A DNA stretch of 64,000 nucleotides from an uncultured virus (IMG/VR IMGVR_UViG_3300020197_000012). Its lineage: Duplodnaviria; Heunggongvirae; Uroviricota; Caudoviricetes. The notes under the pieces are model-generated. The model did not search any database. It was not told the DNA's origin and saw nothing but the letters and a program-made list of their open reading frames with translations. The position numbers were made by a program, and so were the translations under genes. The DNA lies in the IMG/VR virus record IMGVR_UViG_3300020197_000012; one strand, 5' to 3'. Positions 26,096 through 36,870 of this stretch are shown here, piece after piece. The number at the start of each line of letters is the position of its first letter. The first letter of the stretch is position 1.

Positions 26096-27247
26096 TCACT
26101 TAGAAAATCTTGAAATTGCCTTCAGATATGCATCCATTGATTCGGAAACAAATTCCGATTCGGTGCCAAGCATTTCATCTTCTCTTTCTGGAGTAACTGG
26201 ATTTCTTGGGAAGTATGACTCCCTTAGTGCTTCCAGCTTCTCACGATAGTCATCCTCACTTACGAACTCAACACTTTCAGCAAGACTTGCGAGTTTGCTC
26301 TTCTGGGTCTCAGCGAGACCTCTTGAGACATCATAGAGAATTCCATCTGATACGGATTCGCTAAGTCTTTGGTTTAACTGAATATTTCTTTCGATTTGCT
26401 CGTTGAGTCTTGATTCCATGTCATCAAGTTTTGAGACCATGCTCTCAAGAACATCATATTTATCTTCAGGGATTGATACATAATGATTTTCAAAAAGCCC
26501 CTTGAGGCTAGTCATGAATGATTCGGCTAGTTGAGACTTAATGCCAGTTTCAACTTGAAGAGCATTCTCTTCAAGCCACTCACCAGCAACATACTCAAGG
26601 TATGAATCAACTCTTTCAGTAAGTTGTGCTTCAATAGCAGCAACATTTTCTTCAAGAGCAGCTTCATAACGACCTTGAATAATTTCAGCAGCTTCAGCTA
26701 CTTTTGTTCTAAGTGCAGACTCAAATACAAGAGCTGCTCTTTCTTTAAACTCTTCGGAGAGATCTTCGTCACCAAATAATGCTTGAATATCTTCTTCTAC
26801 GTTAAACTCAAGCTCTTCTTCTTCAGCTGCCTCTTCCTCGACTTCGCCCTCCTCTTCAACTTCTTCAACTTCTTCCTCTTCAACCTCTTCATTCCTTACC
26901 ACCTTTTTTTTGCCCTTAGGTGCAGGTGCGTCCGTGCATCCGCTTTCTTCAGTTTGTAGAAGCTCTTCATCTTCATCATACTCAGCTTCTTCAGCTCTAG
27001 CGGCTCTAGCATTAACTACATCTCTAACGGTTTTGACGTTACCAGTAGCTAGCTTAGATGAATCGTCGGTTGAACGATAGTTGTGTACAGTAGGACCGCC
27101 AAGGTCAGTAATTGACTGACCAGGAACGCCAGCTACAAAAGCGGCGTTTGAAGGCATTGCCTCTGCAGGTGCTGCGTTAGCATTAACTGCAGTTTTTGAT
27201 TGCTTAGCGTTCGTAGTTTCCATTTCTTGTAAATTACCAGCAGACAT
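26096..27247 (-). CDS. gp22: Prohead core scaffold protein (T4 gp22)
   Basis: Very acidic; LSEEFKERAALVFESAL, VDSYLEYVAGEWLEEN; between gp21 and gp23. Confidence 0.93.
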   Translation of the reverse strand: MSAGNLQEMETTNAKQSKTAVNANAAPAEAMPSNAAFVAGVPGQSITDLGGPTVHNYRSTDDSSKLATGNVKTVRDVVNARAARAEEAEYDEDEELLQTEESGCTDAPAPKGKKKVVRNEEVEEEEVEEVEEEGEVEEEAAEEEELEFNVEEDIQALFGDEDLSEEFKERAALVFESALRTKVAEAAEIIQGRYEAALEENVAAIEAQLTERVDSYLEYVAGEWLEENALQVETGIKSQLAESFMTSLKGLFENHYVSIPEDKYDVLESMVSKLDDMESRLNEQIERNIQLNQRLSESVSDGILYDVSRGLAETQKSKLASLAESVEFVSEDDYREKLEALRESYFPRNPVTPEREDEMLGTESEFVSESMDAYLKAISRFSK

Positions 27248-27286
27248 TTTTCTCTCCGAATAAATATGTATCTTTATTCTAATATT

Positions 27287-27294
27287 TATTTATA
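27287..27294 (-). promoter_or_regulatory. Late promoter TATAAATA
   Basis: Consensus upstream of gp22. Confidence 0.8.
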
Positions 27295-27295
27295 A

Positions 27296-27940
27296 TTATA
27301 GATTCTTTAAATAATGATCAAAGAGTCTAAGAATGCGATCTTCACGCACATGTTTATCAACAGTTGGAGTAAGCGAGTTCAATGCGGTCATAGTTTTTTC
27401 CGCAAGAATTCCATTATTCCACACCCATTCCTTACCCTCCATGATGCCTTGAACAAAAGCATCAGGTGCGGAAGGATCTGCTACAATATCAGCAGCAGTT
27501 GAAAGCATGAAGTCATCGCCAACATATTTGATGCCATTACGCTCAACAAGAGATCCAACTCCTCTTGAAGAGACCCCGAGTTTTACACCCTCACCAAGAA
27601 GAGACTTGGCGATGTTACCCATTGGAGTATCAAGAATTTTTGCTTTTCCTACGAAGTTATTTCCTTCTGCTTTAAGGCTAGTGATCATGTGTGAAGCACG
27701 ATCAAGATTTACAGTTGGTCCATCTGGATGACCAAGCTCTCCAAGTGCTCTGCCCTGTTCGATATACTTTTGGGTATACTTACCAACCTCTCTTTCAAGA
27801 ATGGGGAATGGATAGCAACGACCGTTACGATTAGTAATTTCTGCTTGTAGAAAAGGCCCAGTAATATACAGGCTCGTTTTTCCGTTTTTTTCTTCAGTAA
27901 TTACCTGAATGTTTTCGATTTGCTCTGTAATTAGTTTCAT
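27296..27940 (-). CDS. gp21: Prohead protease (T4 gp21)
   Basis: MKLITE, NRNGRCY, ALGELGHP, GVSSRGVGS, DIVADPSAPDAFV. Confidence 0.97.
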   Translation of the reverse strand: MKLITEQIENIQVITEEKNGKTSLYITGPFLQAEITNRNGRCYPFPILEREVGKYTQKYIEQGRALGELGHPDGPTVNLDRASHMITSLKAEGNNFVGKAKILDTPMGNIAKSLLGEGVKLGVSSRGVGSLVERNGIKYVGDDFMLSTAADIVADPSAPDAFVQGIMEGKEWVWNNGILAEKTMTALNSLTPTVDKHVREDRILRLFDHYLKNL

Positions 27941-27944
27941 TGTT

Positions 27945-28211
27945 TTACTGGGTAAATCCTACTTTTACAACTTGAACCGTACCACCTAAAACATGAACTA
28001 AATCGCTACCTGTCTTTTCGATAACTTCGGAAGTGTTGTTTAACATTGTAATAGAACCAATTCCAGAATATGCGGAATCTCTTAGTACAACTACAACAGA
28101 ACCACCAGAAGCATTAACAACTCTAACAAGAGTTGCACTTCCAACAGTAGTGCTATTACCAATACCTGCGGCTAAATTAGCTTCATTTCCTTTTACTTTT
28201 AACCTATACAT
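27945..28211 (-). CDS. Small hypothetical structural-module protein
   Basis: 88 aa ORF between the core protein and gp21. Confidence 0.7.
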   Translation of the reverse strand: MYRLKVKGNEANLAAGIGNSTTVGSATLVRVVNASGGSVVVVLRDSAYSGIGSITMLNNTSEVIEKTGSDLVHVLGGTVQVVKVGFTQ

Positions 28212-28383
28212 CTTGATCCTCGGGGACTTCTACAGTTGGGTCAAACATTTGAGCACCAATAATGGGTCTCAACTCATCAACCATCTCTACACTTTTGGTG
28301 TAAAGCATTTGCTTAATAACATCAGATAGTTCATTTGGAGACGCATCTTGCATCACCATGCCAATAAATTCAGACGAATCCAT
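28204..28383 (-). CDS. Small acidic protein, probable prohead core protein (gp67-like position)
   Basis: Not in the ORF track; 59 aa MDSSEFIGMVMQDASPNELSDVIKQMLYTKS...PEDQDV; TATAAATA at 28408-28415. Confidence 0.7.
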   Translation of the reverse strand: MDSSEFIGMVMQDASPNELSDVIKQMLYTKSVEMVDELRPIIGAQMFDPTVEVPEDQDV

Positions 28384-28407
28384 AAAATTACTTACAAAAT
28401 CTTATAT

Positions 28408-28415
28408 TATTTATA
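28408..28415 (-). promoter_or_regulatory. Late promoter TATAAATA
   Basis: Overlaps the gp20 stop codon. Confidence 0.75.
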
Positions 28416-30156
28416 GTTTATTAATCTTATTAGTTTTTACTTTGTCCGCTTCTGGTGCTTTTTTTATTTCTGTTCCCTTATTTTTAATGTCTGGATCAGT
28501 TTCATTCTTACCTAATCCAATCTCAAGATCTTTCATATTTTGATTTTGAGTTTTCTTGATTAGTTGTGAACCAACATCCTTGACATAATCCATAGTCATG
28601 CCAGTTGAGGGATCAACTTGAGGAGTTGGTGGCGGAATAATTCCTGTTTGACGCTCCATATCCATTTGACTATTAATGTCAAGGATATCATCTTCAGTTT
28701 GACGGAGAATTTTGCTTCTTACATAATAAGTCGAATAGTACTTACCAATATAAGGTTCAACTTGTTGTAATAGAGCAACACGCTCTTTCATTAATTCAGT
28801 TTCCTTTAACTCAGCAAAGTGATTATCGTAAACATAATCGTATTGAATATGATCACTCATCAATTCCCAATCTTGAGGAGTAATGATATTTTTAAGAATA
28901 AGTTGAGTCTTCAACATATCATGGAAGATATTGCTAAATCTCTTACGGAGTCTTCCAACAAATCTTGAGAACATGATCTCATCTCTCAGAATTTCGGAAG
29001 ATCTACCAAGATTAAATCCACCATCAGCAGCAATTCTAGATTCTGGAATACTTAAAGATCTGTAAAGTTTCTTTTGGAAGTATTCAATATCAGCAAGTTC
29101 ACCAAGATTCTGACCACCAGGAAGTGTAGTGATTTCTGTACCACGACCACCTTCACGACGAGGGAGCCAGAAATCTTCCATCATACTGGTAAACTTTTTA
29201 TCATCACGGATTTCTCCAGTTGATGCATCATATACAAGTTTATTTCTATAACGTGACATTACATCACGAAGATATTGCTCTGCTTTTACTTTAGGAAGAT
29301 TGCCAACATCAATGTAGAAAATTCTACGTTCTGGAGCACGAGACAATCTATAAATTACTAAACTGTCTTCAATCATGCGGAGTTGATTGAGAGACTTGAT
29401 TGCTTTATGAAGATATGATAAAATAGTCATCTTGTTACGATCTACAAGACCAGATGTAACAAAGGTAACTGAATCTTTTGCAAGTTTTATGCCCTTACCA
29501 TATCCACTGGCACCTGTACTATAACCTTGGGATTTTGGCGTATAAACAAAATACTCATCAACTTCTGGATGATCTAACTTTTCTACACCAATTTCTCTTG
29601 CCATGGTATTGATGTTTAGAATATCAATAGCACGGTTATCTTTTTTCTTCAGTTCACGAACATATTTGATTTTTAATGAATCAATATAACGAATTTCTTG
29701 AATACCATTTTGAGGATTATCAAGATCAATAACCTTATGATAATACACCCTACCATCAATATACCAATTTCTAAAGATCTCATGAGCCTTCTTATCGAAG
29801 TCCATAAGTTCTTTAATGTATTTAAATTCACTACGAATTAAAGCCTTAATTTCTTCAGGAACGTTTAGATTTGAAAGTTCAATTTCTACGGGAGAATCAT
29901 TTAAATCTGAAACAATAGCTTCGCTGACAACATCTTCAATTGCCTTATCTGCCTCTGGATGAAGAGACATTTCACGATATCTTTTGATAAGATCATATTC
30001 AGTTTTATATACACCCTCGATATCTACATATTGCCCATAGAACCCAGAAGAAATATAGTAGTCAACCCCGTCCTCATTATTAGGAGGAACGGGGGACACT
30101 TGCTTCTTAGGTTTTTTGAGTCCGTCGTCAATAGAGAAACCAAATAGTCCTGCCAT
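28411..30156 (-). CDS. gp20: Portal protein (T4 gp20)
   Basis: IYRLSRAPERRIFYIDVGNLP, EDFWLPRREGGRGTEITTLPGGQNLGE. Confidence 0.98.
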   Translation of the reverse strand: MAGLFGFSIDDGLKKPKKQVSPVPPNNEDGVDYYISSGFYGQYVDIEGVYKTEYDLIKRYREMSLHPEADKAIEDVVSEAIVSDLNDSPVEIELSNLNVPEEIKALIRSEFKYIKELMDFDKKAHEIFRNWYIDGRVYYHKVIDLDNPQNGIQEIRYIDSLKIKYVRELKKKDNRAIDILNINTMAREIGVEKLDHPEVDEYFVYTPKSQGYSTGASGYGKGIKLAKDSVTFVTSGLVDRNKMTILSYLHKAIKSLNQLRMIEDSLVIYRLSRAPERRIFYIDVGNLPKVKAEQYLRDVMSRYRNKLVYDASTGEIRDDKKFTSMMEDFWLPRREGGRGTEITTLPGGQNLGELADIEYFQKKLYRSLSIPESRIAADGGFNLGRSSEILRDEIMFSRFVGRLRKRFSNIFHDMLKTQLILKNIITPQDWELMSDHIQYDYVYDNHFAELKETELMKERVALLQQVEPYIGKYYSTYYVRSKILRQTEDDILDINSQMDMERQTGIIPPPTPQVDPSTGMTMDYVKDVGSQLIKKTQNQNMKDLEIGLGKNETDPDIKNKGTEIKKAPEADKVKTNKINKL

Positions 30157-30179
30157 TATGTTTTAAGGTAACTTTTACT

Positions 30180-30186
30180 TATTTAT
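30180..30186 (-). promoter_or_regulatory. Late promoter ATAAATA
   Basis: At the gp19 stop, upstream of gp20. Confidence 0.7.
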
Positions 30187-30830
30187 TACTTGACTGCAAG
30201 GCTATTATCTCCATTATATGCTTCCCACCACTGAATTTGAAGATCAACTGTAAACTCTTCAATTTGATTGTTTGCATCATATGCAAGAGAGATTGCAGAA
30301 ACGTTTGTTGGGAATACTCCAAACATGTGATATGAACGAAGTCTGGGAATAGTTTCCGAACTAGTAATTGCAGTTTGAGTTAGTGGTCTACCAAGTTGAT
30401 GAACCCAAGCATCTTTTTGATATGCAGTAGGATCAACTTGACCCGAGTTATCAGAATGCTTGTTAATATAATTCATCCAACGCTCAAATGTATTTCTGAC
30501 AGTAAAGTCTTGATCGTTAATAACAGTAATTTGCCAAGGATCAAAGGTTCTGTCACCTGCAATTTGAAGCACACGTCCTCTAAATGGAACGGGAATTGCA
30601 GTGATTGTTGATGCTGGAAGTGAGGTAGCTTTAACTAGGAAAGTTAGTTTATCTGCAAGAGCAGTTGCTGTGCTATTGGATGGAATAACCTCCGTTGGCA
30701 CTGCTAAAGTTACTTCAAACAGATTGGGCCGAGCACCGCCGCCCGTCAACCTTCCTTTAAAGTTATCTAGAAATCTTCCATCACTTCCTGTATTAGGAAC
30801 TGATTGTAAGTTGTTAGAAGTTACAGCCAT
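30186..30830 (-). CDS. gp19: Tail tube protein (T4 gp19)
   Basis: GGGARPNLFEV, VPFRGRVLQIAGDRTFDPWQITVIND, IEEFTVDLQIQWW. Confidence 0.96.
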   Translation of the reverse strand: MAVTSNNLQSVPNTGSDGRFLDNFKGRLTGGGARPNLFEVTLAVPTEVIPSNSTATALADKLTFLVKATSLPASTITAIPVPFRGRVLQIAGDRTFDPWQITVINDQDFTVRNTFERWMNYINKHSDNSGQVDPTAYQKDAWVHQLGRPLTQTAITSSETIPRLRSYHMFGVFPTNVSAISLAYDANNQIEEFTVDLQIQWWEAYNGDNSLAVK

Positions 30831-30867
30831 TTTAGTAGTTCTCCAGTGTTTTTGTTAAGGTAATTAA

Positions 30868-33279
30868 TTAAACACGACCTGCAATTTCCTCAAAGGAAAC
30901 TCCAGTTCTTGTAGCAACGAAGGTCAATCCAATAAAGTTAATGCTACGAGCAGGCTTAACAAAAATATCTGCTCTGAACTCATTGCTATCAATAACATCT
31001 GGGGTGTTATTTGTCTCATCGCAAATTACTAAGAAGTCAGAAATGCCTCTCTTTGCTTGGACATCACGTAGATATGGCTCAACAATGTTTAAGAAGTTAG
31101 ATCTTGTGATTGAGTCATTGAATTCAAACAGTTGATCTCTTGCAGCAGCTTCAATGCTTGCTTCAATTGTAATAAACAATCTTCTAACATTGATTCTGTC
31201 AAATGCAGATGCTTGTGTAAGTGCAGTCTTATCACCAAATAGAATGATGCCTGAACCTGGGGAGTAGACTACTGGGTTTACTCTTCTAGAATAAAGAAGA
31301 TCTCTTTGTACTTGAGATGGATTGTATGCAAGTCTTACTGCGTTGTTAATAACACCACGAGTAGAACCCGCAGGTGAGAACCATGAGAAATCATTAATAG
31401 ATGTTCTGCACATGCAACCTGCAATATCAGCATTTAGTGGTACATATATAAACTTATTATTGAAACGATCAAACATATACTTGTAACCACTATCAAATAC
31501 TCCATAAGAAGATGAACTTAACCCATCAAAGAAATCAATAATATTATTAGTTTGTGTTGTTGTACTTGTAATGTCTACAACTGCAGATCTGTAAGGAGAA
31601 ACTACTGCTACGCAATCTTTTCTTTGAGATGCAATTGCAATTAACTCATTAGCTTTTGCTTGAGTTGTAAATTTATCAATATAACTAGCACCCATGAGTA
31701 AGAAGTCAATATCATACTCTCTTACGTTTGTGAACAAACGATAAGCTGTTATAACATCTGATAGTTCAGCAGTATATCTTGGAGTTATATAATTAGCAGC
31801 ACTTTGAGCTTCATATGCATTACCACCTAACAGCTTAGCTGTTTGATTACCAGAAAGATTGAAGCTGACTCCTTGAGTTGGTTGTTGCCAGTTATTACCA
31901 CCAGTACCACTTAAAGTAGAAGCTACTAATGAGCCCAATTGAGCACCACCATAAACATAGTTAGATGTATTTGCTAAAATTTCTTTATAGTAAATTCTTT
32001 CTTGTGGTGAAAGTTGAGCATCAGTTGCCTTAGATAATCCTACCCATTTCTCTAAGATATTACCAGCTGTTCCAGAAACTCTGCCAGTATCATCAATTAC
32101 AACAATATGAAGTTCATCATTCTTAGATGATCTATTAGCTGCATAAGCACTTGTTCCTGGTTTTGCTGCAATTTGATTCCAGTAAATAGTTCCGTTGGTA
32201 GTACCTAAAGTTTGCTCGTTATACCAATCAGTTACTGAATGTGTTGTTGTTTGAATTGAAGATGTTGTACCAATTCCAGTAGCAACTGTAGTGTTACCAA
32301 TTGAAATTGTTGTGCCAGAAGCAAATGAGAATGCTGAATAAACTGCCGCACTTTCAGTTCCACCAGAACTTACAGTTGATAATACTTTTACAAAAACTGA
32401 GCTATTTCCAATTCCTGTAATAACACCTTTTAAATAACCTATGTACGAAGAAGTTGAGCCAATTCCAGCAACAACTGTGTTAACCGATTGAGTTACTGCA
32501 GCACCTACAGCTGGAGCATACTGTGTTGTTGAAGTTGGTCTTATAAAAGTTGCAGAAATAGTTGTAGTAGCAATCCCAACGTTTGAAAGTGAGTTGCTTA
32601 ATGTAATTGAGGAATTTCCGATTGAAGTGACGGTAGTATTTGCTGGGATAAATGATCCAGACAAAATATCTCCAACTTGTAATCCAGTGCTGATACCTAC
32701 TACTCCCGCAGTAGTGTCAACACCTACGTTATTATCACTTTCAACATCAGTTTCAATAGTTGTAACTCCTACTCCAACATTAACTATGACTGTTTGATTG
32801 GTTGTATGAACTCCGCTAATAATTTGATCAGCTAAATTATCAATGGAGCAAACCTTAAGATCATTTGCCCAAGTTCCAGGATTTTTTGCCGCCCAATGCC
32901 AGGTGCTTGCAGTTGAATGATTATTAGTGTAATCTTCGTAATTTTTAATTTTTAAAGTTGTTATAGATAAGCCACCACCAACAGCAACGTTTGCATTATT
33001 AAGGTTAGTATCATCTGAACGAACTACTCTTAATGTTCCGCCATATGTTAAGTAGTTTGATGCAGAATACCAATATTCATATTGATTGTCTGTGTCAATT
33101 GGTTTTCCAAATACTTCTATAAGTTGTTGCTCATTCTCAATTAAGACCGCTTCCTCTACAGGACCTCTTTCAAAAGGTCCAGCAATAGCACCGACTGTTT
33201 CGATTGGTGTGCCAGTCCTACCAATGGTTAAGTCAACTTCCCTTATTTTGACGCCAGGTGAAACTAAACCTAAAGCCAT
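30868..33279 (-). CDS. gp18: Tail sheath protein (T4 gp18)
   Basis: SPGVKIREVDLT, WFSPAG, GDKT, FDRINVRRLF, KPARSINFIGLTFVATRTG. Confidence 0.97.
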   Translation of the reverse strand: MALGLVSPGVKIREVDLTIGRTGTPIETVGAIAGPFERGPVEEAVLIENEQQLIEVFGKPIDTDNQYEYWYSASNYLTYGGTLRVVRSDDTNLNNANVAVGGGLSITTLKIKNYEDYTNNHSTASTWHWAAKNPGTWANDLKVCSIDNLADQIISGVHTTNQTVIVNVGVGVTTIETDVESDNNVGVDTTAGVVGISTGLQVGDILSGSFIPANTTVTSIGNSSITLSNSLSNVGIATTTISATFIRPTSTTQYAPAVGAAVTQSVNTVVAGIGSTSSYIGYLKGVITGIGNSSVFVKVLSTVSSGGTESAAVYSAFSFASGTTISIGNTTVATGIGTTSSIQTTTHSVTDWYNEQTLGTTNGTIYWNQIAAKPGTSAYAANRSSKNDELHIVVIDDTGRVSGTAGNILEKWVGLSKATDAQLSPQERIYYKEILANTSNYVYGGAQLGSLVASTLSGTGGNNWQQPTQGVSFNLSGNQTAKLLGGNAYEAQSAANYITPRYTAELSDVITAYRLFTNVREYDIDFLLMGASYIDKFTTQAKANELIAIASQRKDCVAVVSPYRSAVVDITSTTTQTNNIIDFFDGLSSSSYGVFDSGYKYMFDRFNNKFIYVPLNADIAGCMCRTSINDFSWFSPAGSTRGVINNAVRLAYNPSQVQRDLLYSRRVNPVVYSPGSGIILFGDKTALTQASAFDRINVRRLFITIEASIEAAARDQLFEFNDSITRSNFLNIVEPYLRDVQAKRGISDFLVICDETNNTPDVIDSNEFRADIFVKPARSINFIGLTFVATRTGVSFEEIAGRV

Positions 33280-33314
33280 CTTGTTTCCTCTAGTAAACTT
33301 TCAGATCTATGAAA

Positions 33315-33322
33315 TATTTATA
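33315..33322 (-). promoter_or_regulatory. Late promoter TATAAATA
   Basis: Consensus upstream of gp18. Confidence 0.8.
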
Positions 33323-33362
33323 ATTTAGTCTTTTTCTAATGGGGAAACTGTGCGTGAACAAA

Positions 33363-33593
33363 TTACCAGTCAGGATATTCCCACCTATCGAATATAGTAT
33401 GTTGCATTCGACTTACAATGATACGTTGTATTGTACACTCTTTACATTCATAAGAATAAGCTGATGGATATGATCCACGATTTTTACGAGTCAAATAAAA
33501 ATCAGATAATAAATTTTTAAATTTTTGACAAGTTCTACATTGTCTTTCAACAAACAGAAGATGTTCTAATTCTATCTGTTGGTTTAAATCCAT
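33363..33593 (-). CDS. Small CxxC...CxxC zinc-finger protein
   Basis: RQCRTC...FYLTRK...YSYECKEC; TAATG-coupled to gp17. Confidence 0.75.
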   Translation of the reverse strand: MDLNQQIELEHLLFVERQCRTCQKFKNLLSDFYLTRKNRGSYPSAYSYECKECTIQRIIVSRMQHTIFDRWEYPDW

Positions 33594-35287
33594 TATCTAT
33601 AATCCCACATATATGCTCTATCACCATACTCATCTAAATTCCACTTCTCTTCAAACAAATGATTTTTATCCTTTGCGACTAACCACCGATCACCAGTTGA
33701 TTCTTCTACAATATCTGTGTTGTCTTCCAAACCGTCCAATATAAATCCAAATGGAGCCATATCTTGCTCAATTTGATCTTTTTGTTCCTCATAAATTCTT
33801 TTACGAACGTCATTGTCCGTCATCTCCTTAAAGTAGGGTTGAATAACTAACCATGCAAAAATAACAAGGCACATAGCCAGATCATCATTACAACCTTCCT
33901 CAGCCTCAAAGGATTGATTTCTTTGAATAAATGTGGTAAGTTCGCTGATGACATCATAATCATTAAAAATTAATTTATCATCCTCAATCATCGTTTTTAA
34001 ATTTGAGCAACCAACTTTCTTCACTGTCTTACTCATCTTTAAACCAAGTTGAGATTTGGTTCCAGAAAATCCTTGACCTACAATTTGACCAGCTCTACCT
34101 CTCATAGCAACCATAAGAAGATTGTCATACTCAAGATCAAATTGTAGGATTGAAGCAACCTGATCACCAACGTCGTTGGTTTCAACCAACACATATGCCT
34201 TATTATATGCAGATGCAATTTGTTCAATAATGCTTGGAAACAGCATTGGTTTGATTTCATTATTACGATACTTGGCTACAATTTTGTATGGAAATTCAGT
34301 AATATCAAAAACAACAAAAGCGGAATAGTCATGTGACACGCCTCTTGCTACGTCTACCGTTACAATATACGAGTGCTCTTCTTTTGATTCCTCGTAAACA
34401 TCCAATCCTTTATTTGATTTAAATGGATCCTCATAAACCAATGACTTTAACTTTGCAGCAGAGATAAGAGTGTCAACAGATCCTAAAAATTCACACTCAA
34501 ACTCTTGAGAGAATTGTTGCTTAGACGTGTTTGCAATAGTCTGTTCCTTCCATTCAGCATCACGACCAGGAACTTCTGACCAGTGAACCTCAGTTGTTAC
34601 ATACTGATTTCTACCACGCTCAGCATCGTGCCAAAGTCGGTAGAAGTGATTCATACCCTTGGGGGTAGAAACAATGATTACCTTTGTAGATGTACCAGAT
34701 GAAATTGTAGGATATACTGAACTAAAGAAGTCATCAGCAATGTGATTTGGAATGAACGCAAATTCGTCCAAGAAAATAATGTTGAATGACATTCCTCGGA
34801 CAGCAGAACTGGAAGTAGATGCTGCCATAATCTTGGAACCATTTTCCAAGCTTAAACTTCCTCGGTTCCATGCTATAATACCCTGCTGCATCCACTTAGG
34901 AAGATTTTCATAGGCTGTTTGAAGTCTTTCTAAAAGTTCTCTTGCGGTTGATGCTTTGTTTGCTAGAATACCAATATTAACATTATCATTGAACACTGCA
35001 TAGTGAAGAAGATAAGAAACTACTGTCGTAGACTTACCTGTCTGACGAGGCATTTTGCAAATATTAAATCTACTCCCATGGAAGTTTTTAATTAATTTCT
35101 CTTGAAATGGATACAATTCAAAGGGAATTAATCCCTTATCAACGTTTACAATTTGTACATAATTTCTTGCAAAATACACAGGATCTTGCTTACACTTGAT
35201 AAATTCTTCAATCTGCCCAGCAGTGAATTCAATCGGCGTATTAGCTTTTTTTAGATTAGGATTGCCAAGATAAATGTTATCACTCAT
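33593..35287 (-). CDS. gp17: Terminase large subunit (T4 gp17)
   Basis: PRQTGKST, FLDEFAF, VSTPKG, TVDVARG, DDLAMCL. Confidence 0.97.
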   Translation of the reverse strand: MSDNIYLGNPNLKKANTPIEFTAGQIEEFIKCKQDPVYFARNYVQIVNVDKGLIPFELYPFQEKLIKNFHGSRFNICKMPRQTGKSTTVVSYLLHYAVFNDNVNIGILANKASTARELLERLQTAYENLPKWMQQGIIAWNRGSLSLENGSKIMAASTSSSAVRGMSFNIIFLDEFAFIPNHIADDFFSSVYPTISSGTSTKVIIVSTPKGMNHFYRLWHDAERGRNQYVTTEVHWSEVPGRDAEWKEQTIANTSKQQFSQEFECEFLGSVDTLISAAKLKSLVYEDPFKSNKGLDVYEESKEEHSYIVTVDVARGVSHDYSAFVVFDITEFPYKIVAKYRNNEIKPMLFPSIIEQIASAYNKAYVLVETNDVGDQVASILQFDLEYDNLLMVAMRGRAGQIVGQGFSGTKSQLGLKMSKTVKKVGCSNLKTMIEDDKLIFNDYDVISELTTFIQRNQSFEAEEGCNDDLAMCLVIFAWLVIQPYFKEMTDNDVRKRIYEEQKDQIEQDMAPFGFILDGLEDNTDIVEESTGDRWLVAKDKNHLFEEKWNLDEYGDRAYMWDYR

Positions 35288-35318
35288 ATAATTATCTTAA
35301 TAAATTTTTCTCCACTGA

Positions 35319-36866
35319 TCAGCAATTCCAAGCTCTAAGGGACTTATTAATTCTGCTATTAGGATCGCTGGCAGTTTTCTTGGAGGTTAGCTTTGATTTC
35401 ATGCCTTTCATGCGAGCACAGAATGATGCTCTACGAGGATTACCTACTTTCTTTGAAGGTGCTTTAAGATCACTTCCAGGATTCTCTCTCTCATAAGACT
35501 TTCTACCCTTTTCATTCAATCCACCTTTTTTATTTTTACCTTCCCTACGAGTCCAAGCAGCACCTTCACCAATAACACCAATGTTTAAAAGATAATTCTT
35601 ACGACGCTTTTCTGGAGTATCAAGCGTGGTATTCTCTTGAATATCCTCACCATCCATTTCATAATGAGCTACTTGAGTCTCAGAATTTTTTTTAGCTAAT
35701 GGAAGTTGTGGGCCAGTTCTCTTTAAAAATTCTTTTTTCTCATTAGGATTGTCAGTTCTTGAACCTTTATTATAAAGTTTTTGTGTTTTTTGTGCGTTTT
35801 TATGCCCCTCTGGATCAATCGGAGGTAACATTTGCTCATTTGCTACAATGTACCCAGAGTTTGCACTGGTAACACATGGATAATGTGCAAGAACTTTTCC
35901 ACCAGGATATACTTTTTGAACAGCATCGTTTACTTCTTGTTCAGTTGGTTGTGTTGCTGTTGGAAAATAAATTTTTAATGTATACGTCTTTGCCATAAAA
36001 CTAATCATAATTGTATACATTTGACCACGAGATTGAATTATTTTAACTGCTTCAGAAACATCTTCATCACTTTGCATATATTCTGCTGCAGTGTCAATAA
36101 AATCTGCTGCTCTTGTAATTTTTGATTGAACCCAGGCAGGAATTTGTTGATCACCTTTTTTAATTGATTTTCTAAGCATTGCTACTGCCCTTTCAATTTG
36201 ATCAAACTCAACTCTTGCCATATACCCTTCTTCGTCTTTGATTTTTCCAGATGCAATTTCTTTATGATCCTCTGGGAAAAATTCCTCTGATTTATTACCC
36301 CAATTTTTAGCACCAGCTTTACGACACTTAACAAGTGCTCCTGATGCATATGCACTGGGCCAAACACTATATCTAGCTTTTACTTTATTGTAACAGGCAT
36401 CTTTCTTGCCGCTACCTTTTCCCTTTACATCAGATTCTTCATTCATTTTTTTAATCCTTCCTTGACAGTGTGCTCTTTGAGAAAATCCTTTAGGGTTATC
36501 ACAATCTATTGATTTCTTATATTTATTTGACCAATCTTCTTTCACTGATTTTTTCTTTTTCTTTTTAGGTTTATCTGTGGAAACATAAGTGGGTTTTGCT
36601 GCACCAGTCTTAGATTGTTGTCCAGGATCTGCTGCCTTCTTTCTTCTTGCGGCAGATAGTCTTTCTGCCTTTGTCATACTTGCTCTCTTTGCAGAAGAAA
36701 CGCACTTAGGAGTTCCTTCTCCTGGTTCATCACTCGCACATGTGCCACCTGTTACGACATTAACCCAACCACCTTTACCATCCTTTGATTTAGATTTGCC
36801 AAACCAATCACGGAGACTTTCCTCATTCATTTCTTTTGTTTTTTCTTTTTTTAATTGCTCTTGCAT
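35319..36866 (-). CDS. Modular basic hypothetical protein (putative head polyprotein; C-terminal module DUF6321-like)
   Basis: 515 aa; basic, often Cys-pair modules separated by x-x-E junctions; CTAAATA at 36888-36894. Confidence 0.75.
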   Translation of the reverse strand: MQEQLKKEKTKEMNEESLRDWFGKSKSKDGKGGWVNVVTGGTCASDEPGEGTPKCVSSAKRASMTKAERLSAARRKKAADPGQQSKTGAAKPTYVSTDKPKKKKKKSVKEDWSNKYKKSIDCDNPKGFSQRAHCQGRIKKMNEESDVKGKGSGKKDACYNKVKARYSVWPSAYASGALVKCRKAGAKNWGNKSEEFFPEDHKEIASGKIKDEEGYMARVEFDQIERAVAMLRKSIKKGDQQIPAWVQSKITRAADFIDTAAEYMQSDEDVSEAVKIIQSRGQMYTIMISFMAKTYTLKIYFPTATQPTEQEVNDAVQKVYPGGKVLAHYPCVTSANSGYIVANEQMLPPIDPEGHKNAQKTQKLYNKGSRTDNPNEKKEFLKRTGPQLPLAKKNSETQVAHYEMDGEDIQENTTLDTPEKRRKNYLLNIGVIGEGAAWTRREGKNKKGGLNEKGRKSYERENPGSDLKAPSKKVGNPRRASFCARMKGMKSKLTSKKTASDPNSRINKSLRAWNC

Positions 36867-36870
36867 GGAC

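Noticed and set aside
33340..33360. GC-rich motif GTTCACGCACAGTTTCCCC upstream of the gp18 late promoter
   Set aside because: Single copy in the window with no clear hairpin; no function can be supported.
2063..35287. Inteins or introns in gp41, gp43, uvsW, gp20 or gp17
   Set aside because: Lengths and motif spacing look normal; no Hint-domain signatures seen.
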